DNA from: Thermodesulfobacteriota bacterium
Lineage (GTDB): Bacteria > Desulfobacterota_D > UBA1144 > Nemesobacterales > Nemesobacteraceae
Assembly (NCBI GenBank): GCA_965202785.1
Contig: OZ241855.1
Location: forward strand, 1,440,001 to 1,504,000
DNA: 64,000 nucleotides
Direction: 5' to 3'
Shown piece after piece: positions 28,886-38,419 of the stretch. Numbering within the stretch: position 1 is the first letter of the stretch; every line of letters starts with the position of its first letter. A program made the position numbers and the translations under genes. The notes under the pieces are model-generated. The model was given only the letters and a program-made list of their open reading frames with translations, was not told where the DNA came from and ran no database searches.

Positions 28886-31453
28886 ATGCCTAAAGTCAGA
28901 ATACATCAGATAGCCAAAGAGCTGGGAATAAGCAGCAAAGAGGTAATAGATCAGAGCGTAAAACTTGGAATGAAAGTTACAAGTCACCAAAACGTAGTCT
29001 CGGATGCGGATGCCGAGAGAATAAAAAAGGCGCTTATTAGCGTTCCGGAGGAGACTTCTTCAGAAACGGCGGAAGAGCAGAAGGAAACCGTAAAGGTTTT
29101 CAAGTCCGAAACCGGTCATGACCTCGTTGAAAGAAGAAAGGGGTCTAGGGTCATCAGAAGAAGGAAGAAGATCGTAAAGCCGGAGCCCGAGCCTGTGCCT
29201 GTTGAAGCAGAAGCCGCTTCGGCCGCCGAGGAACCTGCGGAAATCAAGCCGGGGCCCGAGATTCCTGTTCCGTCCGAGCCCGTGGCAGCTGAAGCGCCCC
29301 AAGTTCCAAGTGCCGAGAGCGAAGCGATGCCCGAGGAGGCGCTTGAAGCTGAGCAATTACCCCAAGCCGAGGTTCCGCAGGAAGATGGTATTGAACTGAG
29401 GTCCGAGCCATCCCCCGAACCTGAAAAGGTCATTGAGGAAGAGGCTGATAAGGAAAAGCCTAAGCAGAAGAAAAAAGCTAAGAAGAGCAAACCCCTTAAA
29501 GAGGAAATACATGATGAAGAGACCTTGGAGCAACTCAAAAGAGCGTTTCGAACCAAGGTTCCCAGCAGAAAGGAATATGTAATACAGAACAAAAAGCCCA
29601 AACTGAGGCAGAATTTTGACGGATCCGGGAAAAACAGGGGGATCTACCCGGCAGATGGCCAGGACGGGAGAGTTGTTCCGGTTTCTCCCACCCACACATC
29701 GAAAAGAAACATCAAGATCGGCGAAACGATAGTGGTTTCCGAACTTGCGAAGATAATGAGCGTAAAGGCGTCGGAAGTCGCTAAAAAACTCATGACCATG
29801 GGTACGGGCGCAACGATCAACCAGTCAATTGACAGCGATACCGCCGAGCTTGTCGCCGATGAATTCGGTTTTAACGTGACCGTTGAGAGGTTTGTTGAAG
29901 AGGACCTGCTTTTTGATCAGGATGAGTCGGGCGATGCGGAGAAAATACCGTGCCCGCCGGTCGTTACAGTAATGGGACATGTTGATCACGGCAAGACCAC
30001 ACTTCTTGACTCTATAAGGGAAACCAATGTTGTCGCGGGAGAGGCCGGTGGAATAACGCAGCACATAGGCGCCTACGCAGTGAACATAAAGGATTCAACC
30101 ATAGTTTTCGTGGATACGCCCGGGCACGAGGCGTTTACTTCAATGAGGGCCCGCGGCGCGAGTATAACGGATATAGTGATTCTGGTAGTGGCGGCGGATG
30201 ACGGAGTAATGCCCCAGACGGTCGAAGCGGTTAACCACGCCAAAGCGGCCGGAGTTCCGATTATAGTAGCTATAAACAAAGTCGACAAGGAAGGTGCCGA
30301 TGTCGAAAAAATCAGGAGGGAACTCTCCGAGATAGATCTCATATCGGAACAGTGGGGAGGAGACACTCTTTTTGCCGAGGTTTCAGCGAAAAAGAAAAAG
30401 GGCATAAGCGAACTCCTTGAACTTGTCCTGCTCCAGGCCGATATACTTGAACTCAAGGCGTCGCCCGATAAAAAAGCAAACGGCGTGGTGGTGGAAGCGG
30501 AGCTTGACAAGGGCAGGGGAGCGGTCTCCACGGTCATAGTCAAGGAGGGAACTCTTCGGGTCGGAGATTGCGTTGTATCAGGGGTTCACAGCGGAAAAAT
30601 AAGGGCCCTTACAGATGACAAGGGCAAAGCGGTAAAAAGCGTAGGTCCTTCAATGCCCGTTAAGATCATGGGTCTCTCGGGAGTTGCCGAAGCCGGGGAA
30701 AAATTCCATGTGGTGAAAGATGAGAAGACAGCCAAGGAGGTAATTTCTCACCGTCTGGATAAGATCAGGTCCCACAAGGTGATCACCACTCCGAAGCTTT
30801 CGCTCGAGGAGCTTTTCAGCTCTATTGAAAACGAGGAAGCCAAGGAGCTGTCCCTCATTATAAAGGCTGATACTCAGGGCTCGGTTGAGGCTCTCAGGGA
30901 ATCTTTGGAAAAGCTTTCTACCGAGAAGTGCAGGGTAAAGATCGTTCACTCAGGGGCCGGAGGCATAAACGAGACGGATGTGGTTCTTGCAAGTGCCTCA
31001 AACGCGGTGGTGATAGGGTTTAACGTTCGCCCGGATGCCAACGCGCTCAGGATTTCTGAGAAGGAAGGGGTCTCTCTTGAACTTCATTCAATAATTTACG
31101 ATGTTGTAAACCGGGTAAAAAGCGCGATGGAGGGGCTTCTCGAGCCCATTAGCAAGGAAGTCGTGGTGGCCCACATGGACGTAAAGGAGCTTTTCCACGT
31201 GTCAAGAGTAGGGACTATCGCCGGATGCATGGTTTCTGACGGCAAGGTAAGCAGGGACAACAGCATCAGAGTGGTTCGGGACGGCACGGTTGTCTTTGAC
31301 GGCAAGGTAAGTTCTCTTAGGCGTTTTAAAGAGGACGTGAAGGAGGTCCCCTCGGGCTACGAATGCGGTATAACGATAGAGAATTTCAACGACGTTAAGC
31401 AGGGAGATGTCTTCGAACTCTACAAGCTTGAGGAGATAAAGCAGGAGCTTTGA
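28886..31453 (+). CDS. infB: Translation initiation factor IF-2
   Basis: GHVDHGKT, DTPGHEAF, NKVD; P/E-rich N-terminal linker. Confidence 0.98.
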   Translation: MPKVRIHQIAKELGISSKEVIDQSVKLGMKVTSHQNVVSDADAERIKKALISVPEETSSETAEEQKETVKVFKSETGHDLVERRKGSRVIRRRKKIVKPEPEPVPVEAEAASAAEEPAEIKPGPEIPVPSEPVAAEAPQVPSAESEAMPEEALEAEQLPQAEVPQEDGIELRSEPSPEPEKVIEEEADKEKPKQKKKAKKSKPLKEEIHDEETLEQLKRAFRTKVPSRKEYVIQNKKPKLRQNFDGSGKNRGIYPADGQDGRVVPVSPTHTSKRNIKIGETIVVSELAKIMSVKASEVAKKLMTMGTGATINQSIDSDTAELVADEFGFNVTVERFVEEDLLFDQDESGDAEKIPCPPVVTVMGHVDHGKTTLLDSIRETNVVAGEAGGITQHIGAYAVNIKDSTIVFVDTPGHEAFTSMRARGASITDIVILVVAADDGVMPQTVEAVNHAKAAGVPIIVAINKVDKEGADVEKIRRELSEIDLISEQWGGDTLFAEVSAKKKKGISELLELVLLQADILELKASPDKKANGVVVEAELDKGRGAVSTVIVKEGTLRVGDCVVSGVHSGKIRALTDDKGKAVKSVGPSMPVKIMGLSGVAEAGEKFHVVKDEKTAKEVISHRLDKIRSHKVITTPKLSLEELFSSIENEEAKELSLIIKADTQGSVEALRESLEKLSTEKCRVKIVHSGAGGINETDVVLASASNAVVIGFNVRPDANALRISEKEGVSLELHSIIYDVVNRVKSAMEGLLEPISKEVVVAHMDVKELFHVSRVGTIAGCMVSDGKVSRDNSIRVVRDGTVVFDGKVSSLRRFKEDVKEVPSGYECGITIENFNDVKQGDVFELYKLEEIKQEL

Positions 31454-31469
31454 TATCTGGATTTTTTAA

Positions 31470-31760
31470 ATGGTAGTGGGCATAGCCAGATTTGAACTCT
31501 ACATGTCGGGCAACAGGTCTTTGAAAGATAAAAGACGCCTGGTAAAAAGCCTTGTGGAAAGGGCGAGGTCAAAATTCCCGAGTCTCTCGCTGACTGAAGT
31601 TGATTCCCTGGACCTAAAAGACAAAGCCACCATAGGGCTTGGGTATGTTTCCAACGATGCTTCTCTTGTAAATTCCGTTCTCGACAAGGTGACTTCCTAT
31701 ATAGAAAGCACGGGAAATTTCCGCATGGGTAAAAAAGAGATGGAAATCATCCATTTCTAA
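31470..31760 (+). CDS. DUF503 (YlxP-like) protein
   Basis: SLKDKRRLVKSL motif; conserved position between infB and rbfA. Confidence 0.88.
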   Translation: MVVGIARFELYMSGNRSLKDKRRLVKSLVERARSKFPSLSLTEVDSLDLKDKATIGLGYVSNDASLVNSVLDKVTSYIESTGNFRMGKKEMEIIHF

Positions 31761-31770
31761 GCGAGCAGAG

Positions 31771-32124
31771 ATGTCTCACAGTTACAAAAGATCCGCGAGG
31801 ATATCCGATCTTCTCATAAAGGAGATATCCGAAATGCTGATACGCGGCAAGATCAAGGACCCCAGAGTGTCATCGGTAAGCATAACTGCTGTGAGGGTTA
31901 CAGAAGACATGGGCTACGCGAAGGTCTTTTTTACTTCTTTTGATGAACGCTCCGATACCCAGGAGATGCTTGAGGGACTGAGGAACGCTACCGGCTACAT
32001 AAAGAGCACCCTCTCAAGGAGATTGAGAATAAAGAAGATTCCCAACATAGAATTCGAGTACGACGGTTTGGTGGAAAAGCGGGCGAGAATTGACGAACTC
32101 ATAAAGGACTTGTCGGATGGATGA
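31771..32124 (+). CDS. rbfA: Ribosome-binding factor A
   Basis: IKDPRV, VRVTEDMGYAKVF, IPNIEFEYD. Confidence 0.96.
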   Translation: MSHSYKRSARISDLLIKEISEMLIRGKIKDPRVSSVSITAVRVTEDMGYAKVFFTSFDERSDTQEMLEGLRNATGYIKSTLSRRLRIKKIPNIEFEYDGLVEKRARIDELIKDLSDG

Positions 32125-33079
32125 GCTTGATAACATCCTCGACCTCATAAGGGAAAACCAAAGCTTTCTTGTGGTTTCCCACGAGAGTCCGGATTGCGAC
32201 GCTCTGGGTTCAACCATAGCCATGGCGCTGGTTCTTCGCGAGCTTGAAAAGGATGTGATCATGTATAACGCAGACGGGGTTCCTGAGCACCTGCGATTTC
32301 TTCCCGAATGCTCCGGTGTTACGGATTCTCTTGATGGCGTTACCAACCCGGTGGATGTGGTTATGCTCCTTGACTGTGCCGATGTTTCGCGACCCGGAAA
32401 AGAGTTTGAGAACTTTATCCTGAAAGACGGTTTCACGTTTGCGTTTGTGGATCACCACGCGACTAACAGCACGGGTTCCGAGTACTGCTTTGTGGATGAA
32501 AACGCATCTTCTACCGGAGTTATTCTCTACAGGATGATAAAACGGCTCGGGATTCCCATAAGCCCGAATGTTGCGGAGTGCCTTTTTTCCACCATAGTCG
32601 GGGATACGGGTTCGTTCCGGTATTCAAACACCTGTTCAGAGACGTTCACGATCGCTGCCGATCTGGTCAACTGTGGAGCCGACCCCGAGAGGATCTCAAG
32701 ATTCATTTATGATAACGAACCTCTTAGAAAGGTTATGCTTAGAACCTTGGCAATGAACACCCTTGAGGTAACCGGGAAAATTGCCTTTCTTCACGTATCG
32801 AGCGAGATGTTCCAGCAGACCGGCACCGAGAAGGAGCATACCGAGGGTCTTGTAAGCATGGCTAGGGCAATTGAAGGGGTTGAGGTCGCGGTTTTTCTCA
32901 GACAGGAATCCGCCATCGGTTGGAAAGTGAGTCTCAGGTCCAAGGAGTACGTAGACGTGGCGCAGATCGCCAGACGGTACGGTGGGGGAGGACACCGCAA
33001 GGCGGCAGGATGTGTGATTCCCGCGCCGCTTGCCACTGTGAAGCGCAGACTTCGCAGTTCGATTGAGGAAGCGATTTGA
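32117..33079 (+). CDS. DHH/DHHA1 phosphoesterase (NrnA-like nanoRNase/pAp phosphatase)
   Basis: HESPDCDALGS, VDHH, DTGSF, GGGGHRKAAG. Confidence 0.93.
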   Translation: MDELDNILDLIRENQSFLVVSHESPDCDALGSTIAMALVLRELEKDVIMYNADGVPEHLRFLPECSGVTDSLDGVTNPVDVVMLLDCADVSRPGKEFENFILKDGFTFAFVDHHATNSTGSEYCFVDENASSTGVILYRMIKRLGIPISPNVAECLFSTIVGDTGSFRYSNTCSETFTIAADLVNCGADPERISRFIYDNEPLRKVMLRTLAMNTLEVTGKIAFLHVSSEMFQQTGTEKEHTEGLVSMARAIEGVEVAVFLRQESAIGWKVSLRSKEYVDVAQIARRYGGGGHRKAAGCVIPAPLATVKRRLRSSIEEAI

Positions 33080-33990
33080 TGGACGGAGTTATGATTCTCG
33101 ATAAGCCCAAGGGATGTACTTCCGCCCAGGCGCTTAACAGGGTGAAAAAAGCCTTGGGGGCAAAAAAGGCGGGTCATACGGGCACTCTGGATCCGTTCGC
33201 GACGGGGGTATTGCCCGTGTGTTTTAATCAGGCGACAAAAGCCATTCCTTACCTCGGAGACGATATAAAGGAATACGAGGCCGAGATGATCTTGGGCGTA
33301 TCAACCGATACCATGGACGAGACCGGTGCTGTCACCGGCCGGGTGGATGCGCGGCATCTGGGTAGGGATGAGATTGAAGAGGTCATTGAAGGGTTTGCGG
33401 GGGAGATAATGCAGGTCCCCCCGATGTATTCTGCCGCCAAGGTCTCAGGTACGAAGCTCTACGCCCTTGCGAGAGCCGGGAAGGAAGTTGAGAGAAAACC
33501 GAAAAGAGTCACCATAGAGGAAATAAGACTTCTTCATTTCTCTTACCCTAAGGCGACTTTTTACGTGAAGTGTTCTCGAGGAACCTACGTAAGGGTGATT
33601 GCCTCGGATGCCGGAAAGAAACTGGGCTGCGGAGCTCATCTTTCCGAGTTGAGAAGGCTCAGGAGCGGCCCCTTCACGCTGAGCGAGGCTAGCAGTATTG
33701 AAGATGTGGAATCCGGAAATTACAATGTTCTTCCTTTGGAGGATGTTCTCGGGAGCTATCCCAGGGTTCATTTGGAAGAGGATCTCTGCGAGAGTGTGCG
33801 CAACGGAATCCCTCTTTGCCGGGAGGTTCTTTCGGGCGTGGAATTGCCCGAATTCAAAAATAGGGATATAATCACCATATTTTGCCGGAAAACGATTCTT
33901 TCCATCTGCGAGGCGAAAGCTGATTCAGATGAATTTGAGTATATGGGAGATAAGGATATAGTGTTTCGGCATTTAAGAGTATTTAACTGA
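33076..33990 (+). CDS. truB: tRNA pseudouridine(55) synthase
   Basis: GHTGTLDPFATGVL, QVPPMYSA, CSRGTYVR. Confidence 0.97.
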   Translation: MMDGVMILDKPKGCTSAQALNRVKKALGAKKAGHTGTLDPFATGVLPVCFNQATKAIPYLGDDIKEYEAEMILGVSTDTMDETGAVTGRVDARHLGRDEIEEVIEGFAGEIMQVPPMYSAAKVSGTKLYALARAGKEVERKPKRVTIEEIRLLHFSYPKATFYVKCSRGTYVRVIASDAGKKLGCGAHLSELRRLRSGPFTLSEASSIEDVESGNYNVLPLEDVLGSYPRVHLEEDLCESVRNGIPLCREVLSGVELPEFKNRDIITIFCRKTILSICEAKADSDEFEYMGDKDIVFRHLRVFN

Positions 33991-34019
33991 TCAGGCAAGG
34001 GTCTAGGAGGAAGTAGTTT

Positions 34020-34289
34020 ATGTCTTTGCAGAAAGAAGAGAAGGCTAGAATCATAAAGGAGTTTCAAAACCATGAGAACGACGTTGGTTCGGCCGAGGTT
34101 CAGATAGGGATTCTGAACGGAAAGATACAGGAACTGTCCGAGCATGTGAAAAGAGCTCCCAAGGATAACCATTCAAGAAAAGGACTGGTTTCAATGGTTG
34201 CCAAGAGAAGGAAGCTGCTCAACTACGTAAAGAGGGTGAGACCGCAGGAGTACGGAAAGCTGATTGAGACCCTTGGGCTAAGGAAGTAA
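34020..34289 (+). CDS. rpsO: 30S ribosomal protein S15
   Basis: DVGSAEVQI, KDNHSRKGL, LGLRK; AGGAGG RBS. Confidence 0.98.
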   Translation: MSLQKEEKARIIKEFQNHENDVGSAEVQIGILNGKIQELSEHVKRAPKDNHSRKGLVSMVAKRRKLLNYVKRVRPQEYGKLIETLGLRK

Positions 34290-34315
34290 GGAAGCAATAT
34301 TTTGGAGGAAATGAA

Positions 34316-36424
34316 TTGACTGAACAAATAAGACAAATGGAAGCGGAGCTGTTCGGAAGCAAGCTGCGTCTTGAAACCGGAAGGCTTGCCAAGCAGGCAA
34401 ACGGTGCTGTGCTCGCTTCCTGCGGAGGAACTACCGTGCTTGCCACGGTCGTTGCCTCGGAAGAAAAAATAGAAGAAGATTTCCTGCCCCTTACGATTAA
34501 CTATCAGGAGAAATCTTACGCGGCCGGGAAAATTCCCGGAGGTTATTTTAAGAGAGAAGGGCGCCCCAGCGAAAAAGAAATTCTTACGTCAAGGCTTATT
34601 GACAGGCCGGTAAGACCGCTTATACCCAAGGGTTTTTCTTACCCGACTCAGGTTATAGTTACGGTTATTTCCGCTGACGGCGAGAACGCCACGGACGTTC
34701 TGTCAGTTATAGCGTCTTCAGCCGCGCTGATGGTTTCGGATATTCCGTTTGCGGGGCCCATAGCGGCTCTCACGGTCGGGAAAGTCGACGGCAACCTTGT
34801 TGTAAATCCCTCTCCCGAGCAGCTTGAAACCAGCACTATGGAGATAACCGTCGCCGGAACCTCGGAGGCCATCGTGATGGTCGAAGGCGGTGCGAAGGAA
34901 GTAAGCGAGGCTGAGGTTGTTGAAGCCCTTATGTTCGCCCACGAGGGAATCAGGGAAATCGTTTCTTTCGAGAATAGTTTCCTTGAAGGAATCGGCAAGG
35001 AAAAAAGACAGATTTCCGTTGTCGAAACGGACGATGCGCTTGAGGGCGAGGTTCGCTCGGCTGCTCTGCCTTTTTTGGATCAGGGGGTAGTTGCTGATTC
35101 AAAGGACGGCAGAAAGGATCTGATAAAACAGACTTATGAAGAAGCGATAAAAAAGCTTGTTGAGGACCGTCCGGAAGACAAATCCAAAATTGACAAGGCG
35201 TTTGACGAGCTGATCAAAGATTCTGTGAGAAGCAAGATAGTGGATGGTACGAGACCCGACGGAAGGGACTACACGACCGTGAGGTCCATATGGGGCGAAG
35301 TGGGACTTCTTGAGAGAACCCACGGTTCGGCGCTTTTTACCCGCGGAGAAACCCAGGCCATAGTTGTCGCGACTCTGGGAACTTCGTACGACGAGCAGAG
35401 GATCGACGCGCTTGAAGGCGACCAGACAAGAAGCTTCATGCTGCATTACAATTTCCCTCCTTATTCCGTTGGAGAGACGAGCAACCGTCTGGGTCCAGGA
35501 AGAAGAGAAATAGGACACGGCGCGCTTGCCGCGAGGGCTATAAAACCCGTCCTGCCGGATAAAGAGGACTTTCCCTACACTATCAGGATCGTTTCCGAGA
35601 TACTTGAGTCAAACGGTTCTTCTTCAATGGCGACCGTGTGCGGTTCCTCGATGTCTCTTATGGACGCGGGCGTGCCCATAAGCGCTTCCGTGGCCGGCAT
35701 AGCCATGGGACTTATAAAGGAAGGGGACAATTTCGTCATTCTCTCCGATATTCTCGGCGATGAGGATCATCTCGGAGACATGGATTTCAAGGTGGCCGGC
35801 ACCAAAGACGGCATCACCGCCTTGCAGATGGATATCAAAATAACCGGCATAACCGAGGATATCCTCACGACCGCGCTTGGTCAGGCAAAAGATGGCAGGA
35901 TGCATATACTCGGGAAAATGGATGAAGTAATCGCCGGACCCAGAGAGGAACTTTCCGACTACGCCCCCAGAATTCTTACGATGCAGCTTAAGCCCGAGAA
36001 GGTGAAGGTCGTGATAGGTTCGGGCGGCAAGACCATAAAGAAGATAGTCGAGGACACGGGAGCGCAGATAGACATACAGGATGACGGTCTTGTGAAGATT
36101 TTCTCCCCCGACTACGAAGCCTGCAAGAAGGCCGAGAGCATCATAAAAAGAATCGTTGAGGACATAGTCGCCGGCAAGCTGTATGTCGGCGTGGTCAAGC
36201 GCATTCTGGATTTCGGAGCGATAGTCGAGCTTGGTCCTGGAAAAGACGGGCTTCTGCATATCTCCGAACTTGAAAACCGCAGGGTTGAAAAGGTAACCGA
36301 TATCCTGAACGAAAAGGACGAGGTTCTCGTAAAGTGTCTCGAAGTTGCGCGTGACGGCAGGGTGAGGCTCAGCAGAAAAGCCGTGCTTGACCAGAACATA
36401 GAAGACTACAGGATTTCCGACTAA
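34316..36424 (+). CDS. pnp: Polyribonucleotide nucleotidyltransferase
   Basis: ETGRLAKQA, RREIGHG, SNGSSSMA, GDMDFKVAG, KH and S1 domains. Confidence 0.98.
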   Translation: MTEQIRQMEAELFGSKLRLETGRLAKQANGAVLASCGGTTVLATVVASEEKIEEDFLPLTINYQEKSYAAGKIPGGYFKREGRPSEKEILTSRLIDRPVRPLIPKGFSYPTQVIVTVISADGENATDVLSVIASSAALMVSDIPFAGPIAALTVGKVDGNLVVNPSPEQLETSTMEITVAGTSEAIVMVEGGAKEVSEAEVVEALMFAHEGIREIVSFENSFLEGIGKEKRQISVVETDDALEGEVRSAALPFLDQGVVADSKDGRKDLIKQTYEEAIKKLVEDRPEDKSKIDKAFDELIKDSVRSKIVDGTRPDGRDYTTVRSIWGEVGLLERTHGSALFTRGETQAIVVATLGTSYDEQRIDALEGDQTRSFMLHYNFPPYSVGETSNRLGPGRREIGHGALAARAIKPVLPDKEDFPYTIRIVSEILESNGSSSMATVCGSSMSLMDAGVPISASVAGIAMGLIKEGDNFVILSDILGDEDHLGDMDFKVAGTKDGITALQMDIKITGITEDILTTALGQAKDGRMHILGKMDEVIAGPREELSDYAPRILTMQLKPEKVKVVIGSGGKTIKKIVEDTGAQIDIQDDGLVKIFSPDYEACKKAESIIKRIVEDIVAGKLYVGVVKRILDFGAIVELGPGKDGLLHISELENRRVEKVTDILNEKDEVLVKCLEVARDGRVRLSRKAVLDQNIEDYRISD

Positions 36425-36433
36425 CCCCCACAG

Positions 36434-37366
36434 TTGAGTCTTTCTCGGGAAAAACCGAAGCTGATAGTTGTCTTAGGACCTACAGCTTCGGGCAAGACCG
36501 AAATGGCGCTGGAAATAGCCCGCAGAACCGGTGCTTGCATAGTGAGCGCCGATTCCGTTCAGGTCTACAGGCATTTCGATATAGGAAGCGCCAAGCCCAC
36601 CCGGGAGCAAAGGCAGGAAATCCCACATTTCTTAATAGATGTCGCGGATCCCGATGAGGATTTTAACGCCGGCACTTATATGAGGCTTGCCCTTGATTGC
36701 ATCAGCAGGCTCGTCGGGGACGGCAGGAAAATAGTTGTAGTCGGGGGAACCTTTCTTTACGTAAAGGCTCTTCTTTACGGGCTTCTCGAAGGTGTTGAAG
36801 TTGATCGGGAGTTCAGAGATAGCCTCGCGCGGGAGAGGGACGCGAAGGGAGCGGCGTCGCTTCACAAAAGGCTTGAATCTGTAGACCCGGTGTCCGCAGG
36901 GCGGATAAATCCGAACGATTACGTGAGAATTGAACGTGCGCTTGAGGTCTATCACACGACGGGCGAGCGCATGTCGGATCATCACCGGCGGCACGGCTTT
37001 GCGGAACAAAGGTTCAACGCCCTTGAGATAGGCCTCCACGGGGAACGGGAGCGCCTTCGCCGCGCTATAGACGAAAGGGTTGACGCGATGATTGACCGCG
37101 GCTGGGTCGAAGAAGTAAAAGCTATAAGGGCCAAGGGATACGGACCGCACTTAAAACCCATGAAGTCCATAGGCTACAAGCGGATAAACGAATTTCTGGA
37201 CGGTCGGCTTGATTTTGAGACGGCGGTTGAAAAAATAAAGACGGACACGAAAAGGTTTTCCAAAAGACAGTCCACCTGGCTTCGCGCGGATGACGGCATA
37301 AAATGGTTTGATCCCGTAGACGGAGATGAGCCGATACTTGAGGAGTGCAGCGGGTTTCTCGGCTGA
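36434..37366 (+). CDS. miaA: tRNA dimethylallyltransferase
   Basis: GPTASGKT, SADSVQVY, DIGSAKP, VGGTFLY, KRQSTW. Confidence 0.97.
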   Translation: MSLSREKPKLIVVLGPTASGKTEMALEIARRTGACIVSADSVQVYRHFDIGSAKPTREQRQEIPHFLIDVADPDEDFNAGTYMRLALDCISRLVGDGRKIVVVGGTFLYVKALLYGLLEGVEVDREFRDSLARERDAKGAASLHKRLESVDPVSAGRINPNDYVRIERALEVYHTTGERMSDHHRRHGFAEQRFNALEIGLHGERERLRRAIDERVDAMIDRGWVEEVKAIRAKGYGPHLKPMKSIGYKRINEFLDGRLDFETAVEKIKTDTKRFSKRQSTWLRADDGIKWFDPVDGDEPILEECSGFLG

Positions 37367-37378
37367 TTGGCCTTCCGG

Positions 37379-37777
37379 CTATTTTTTTTCCTCCACCCTG
37401 TATGAGCGAATGGTTCTCAGGATTATCGCCGCGCCGATTAGTACGGAAAGTACGGGCAGAAGCCATAGTATGGCGCTGAATCCTCTGGGCGGGGGGGATG
37501 CGAGAATTGTTTCTCCGTAGCTCGAGATGAAATAATCTATTATCTCTTCCTTTGAATGCCCTTCAAGCAGCTTTGTTTTTATGATGGCCCTCATGTCCCT
37601 GGCAAGCTGTGCGTTTGATTCCGCGACGCTCTGCCCTTCGCATACGGGACACATGAGTTCTCCCGAGATGTCGGCGATCTGGTCTTCAAGCGTGTCCGCG
37701 TTCACTTGGAAGGCGATAAGAAGGGCCAGGGACAAGACAAGTCCCCCACTCATGATCTTATGAAAAAAACGGTTCAT
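37379..37777 (-). CDS. ccmH: Cytochrome c biogenesis protein CcmH (CcmL type)
   Basis: LMCPVCEGQSVAESN, YGETILASPP, C-terminal TM helix. Confidence 0.93.
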   Translation of the reverse strand: MNRFFHKIMSGGLVLSLALLIAFQVNADTLEDQIADISGELMCPVCEGQSVAESNAQLARDMRAIIKTKLLEGHSKEEIIDYFISSYGETILASPPPRGFSAILWLLPVLSVLIGAAIILRTIRSYRVEEKK

Positions 37778-38337
37778 GGGTTTTCAATCCCCGGGCTCTG
37801 CCCGTTGTAAAGAGTAGCGTTCTCTATATAGGCCATGATCATTCTTTCAGTAAGCGGACCCCTGTGCTTGGCTGTTATAACTCCCTCGGGGTTTACGAAG
37901 AAGGTCTCAGGGACTCCTCCCACTCCGTAATCCAGATGTACCCTGTTTTCCGGGTCGTAAATGTTGACGAAGCTTCCCCCGAACGATTTTACGTATTCCT
38001 CGGCGCTTTTTCTGTCGTCCATTACGTTTATTCCTATGAACTCAACCTGATTGCCTGAAAGAGACATGTAAGCCCTCTCAAGCGCGGGAGCCTCCTCTCT
38101 GCAGGGATGACACCAGGATGCCCAGAAATTCACAAGCAATGTCTTTCCCCGAAAATCAGAAAGCCTTACCTTCTCCCCGTTAAACGATTTCAGCGCGAAC
38201 TCGGGCGCGGGTTTTCCCACAAGCTGCGAGGGATTCTGAAGGTCTCCTTTTTCCGAAAGTCCGTTCCAAAGAGTGTAAGCAAGCAGAGCTATAATAAGGA
38301 CGATAAGAATCTTCGGGACTGCGTTTGATATTTTCAT
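37774..38337 (-). CDS. ccmG: Membrane-anchored thioredoxin (CcmG/DsbE/TlpA family)
   Basis: N-terminal TM, NFWASWCHPC, YGVGGVPETF; overlaps ccmH start. Confidence 0.85.
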   Translation of the reverse strand: MKISNAVPKILIVLIIALLAYTLWNGLSEKGDLQNPSQLVGKPAPEFALKSFNGEKVRLSDFRGKTLLVNFWASWCHPCREEAPALERAYMSLSGNQVEFIGINVMDDRKSAEEYVKSFGGSFVNIYDPENRVHLDYGVGGVPETFFVNPEGVITAKHRGPLTERMIMAYIENATLYNGQSPGIENP

Positions 38338-38419
38338 ACAAGGAACCTGTTCTTTCTAGCCTTAAGTTTTCTTTTGGTTATTATTCCTGCAACTGCCCCG
38401 TTTATTATAATAGGTTTTC

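Noticed and set aside
29160-29500. Pro/Glu/Ala-rich repetitive stretch in infB
   Set aside because: Normal variable low-complexity linker of IF-2
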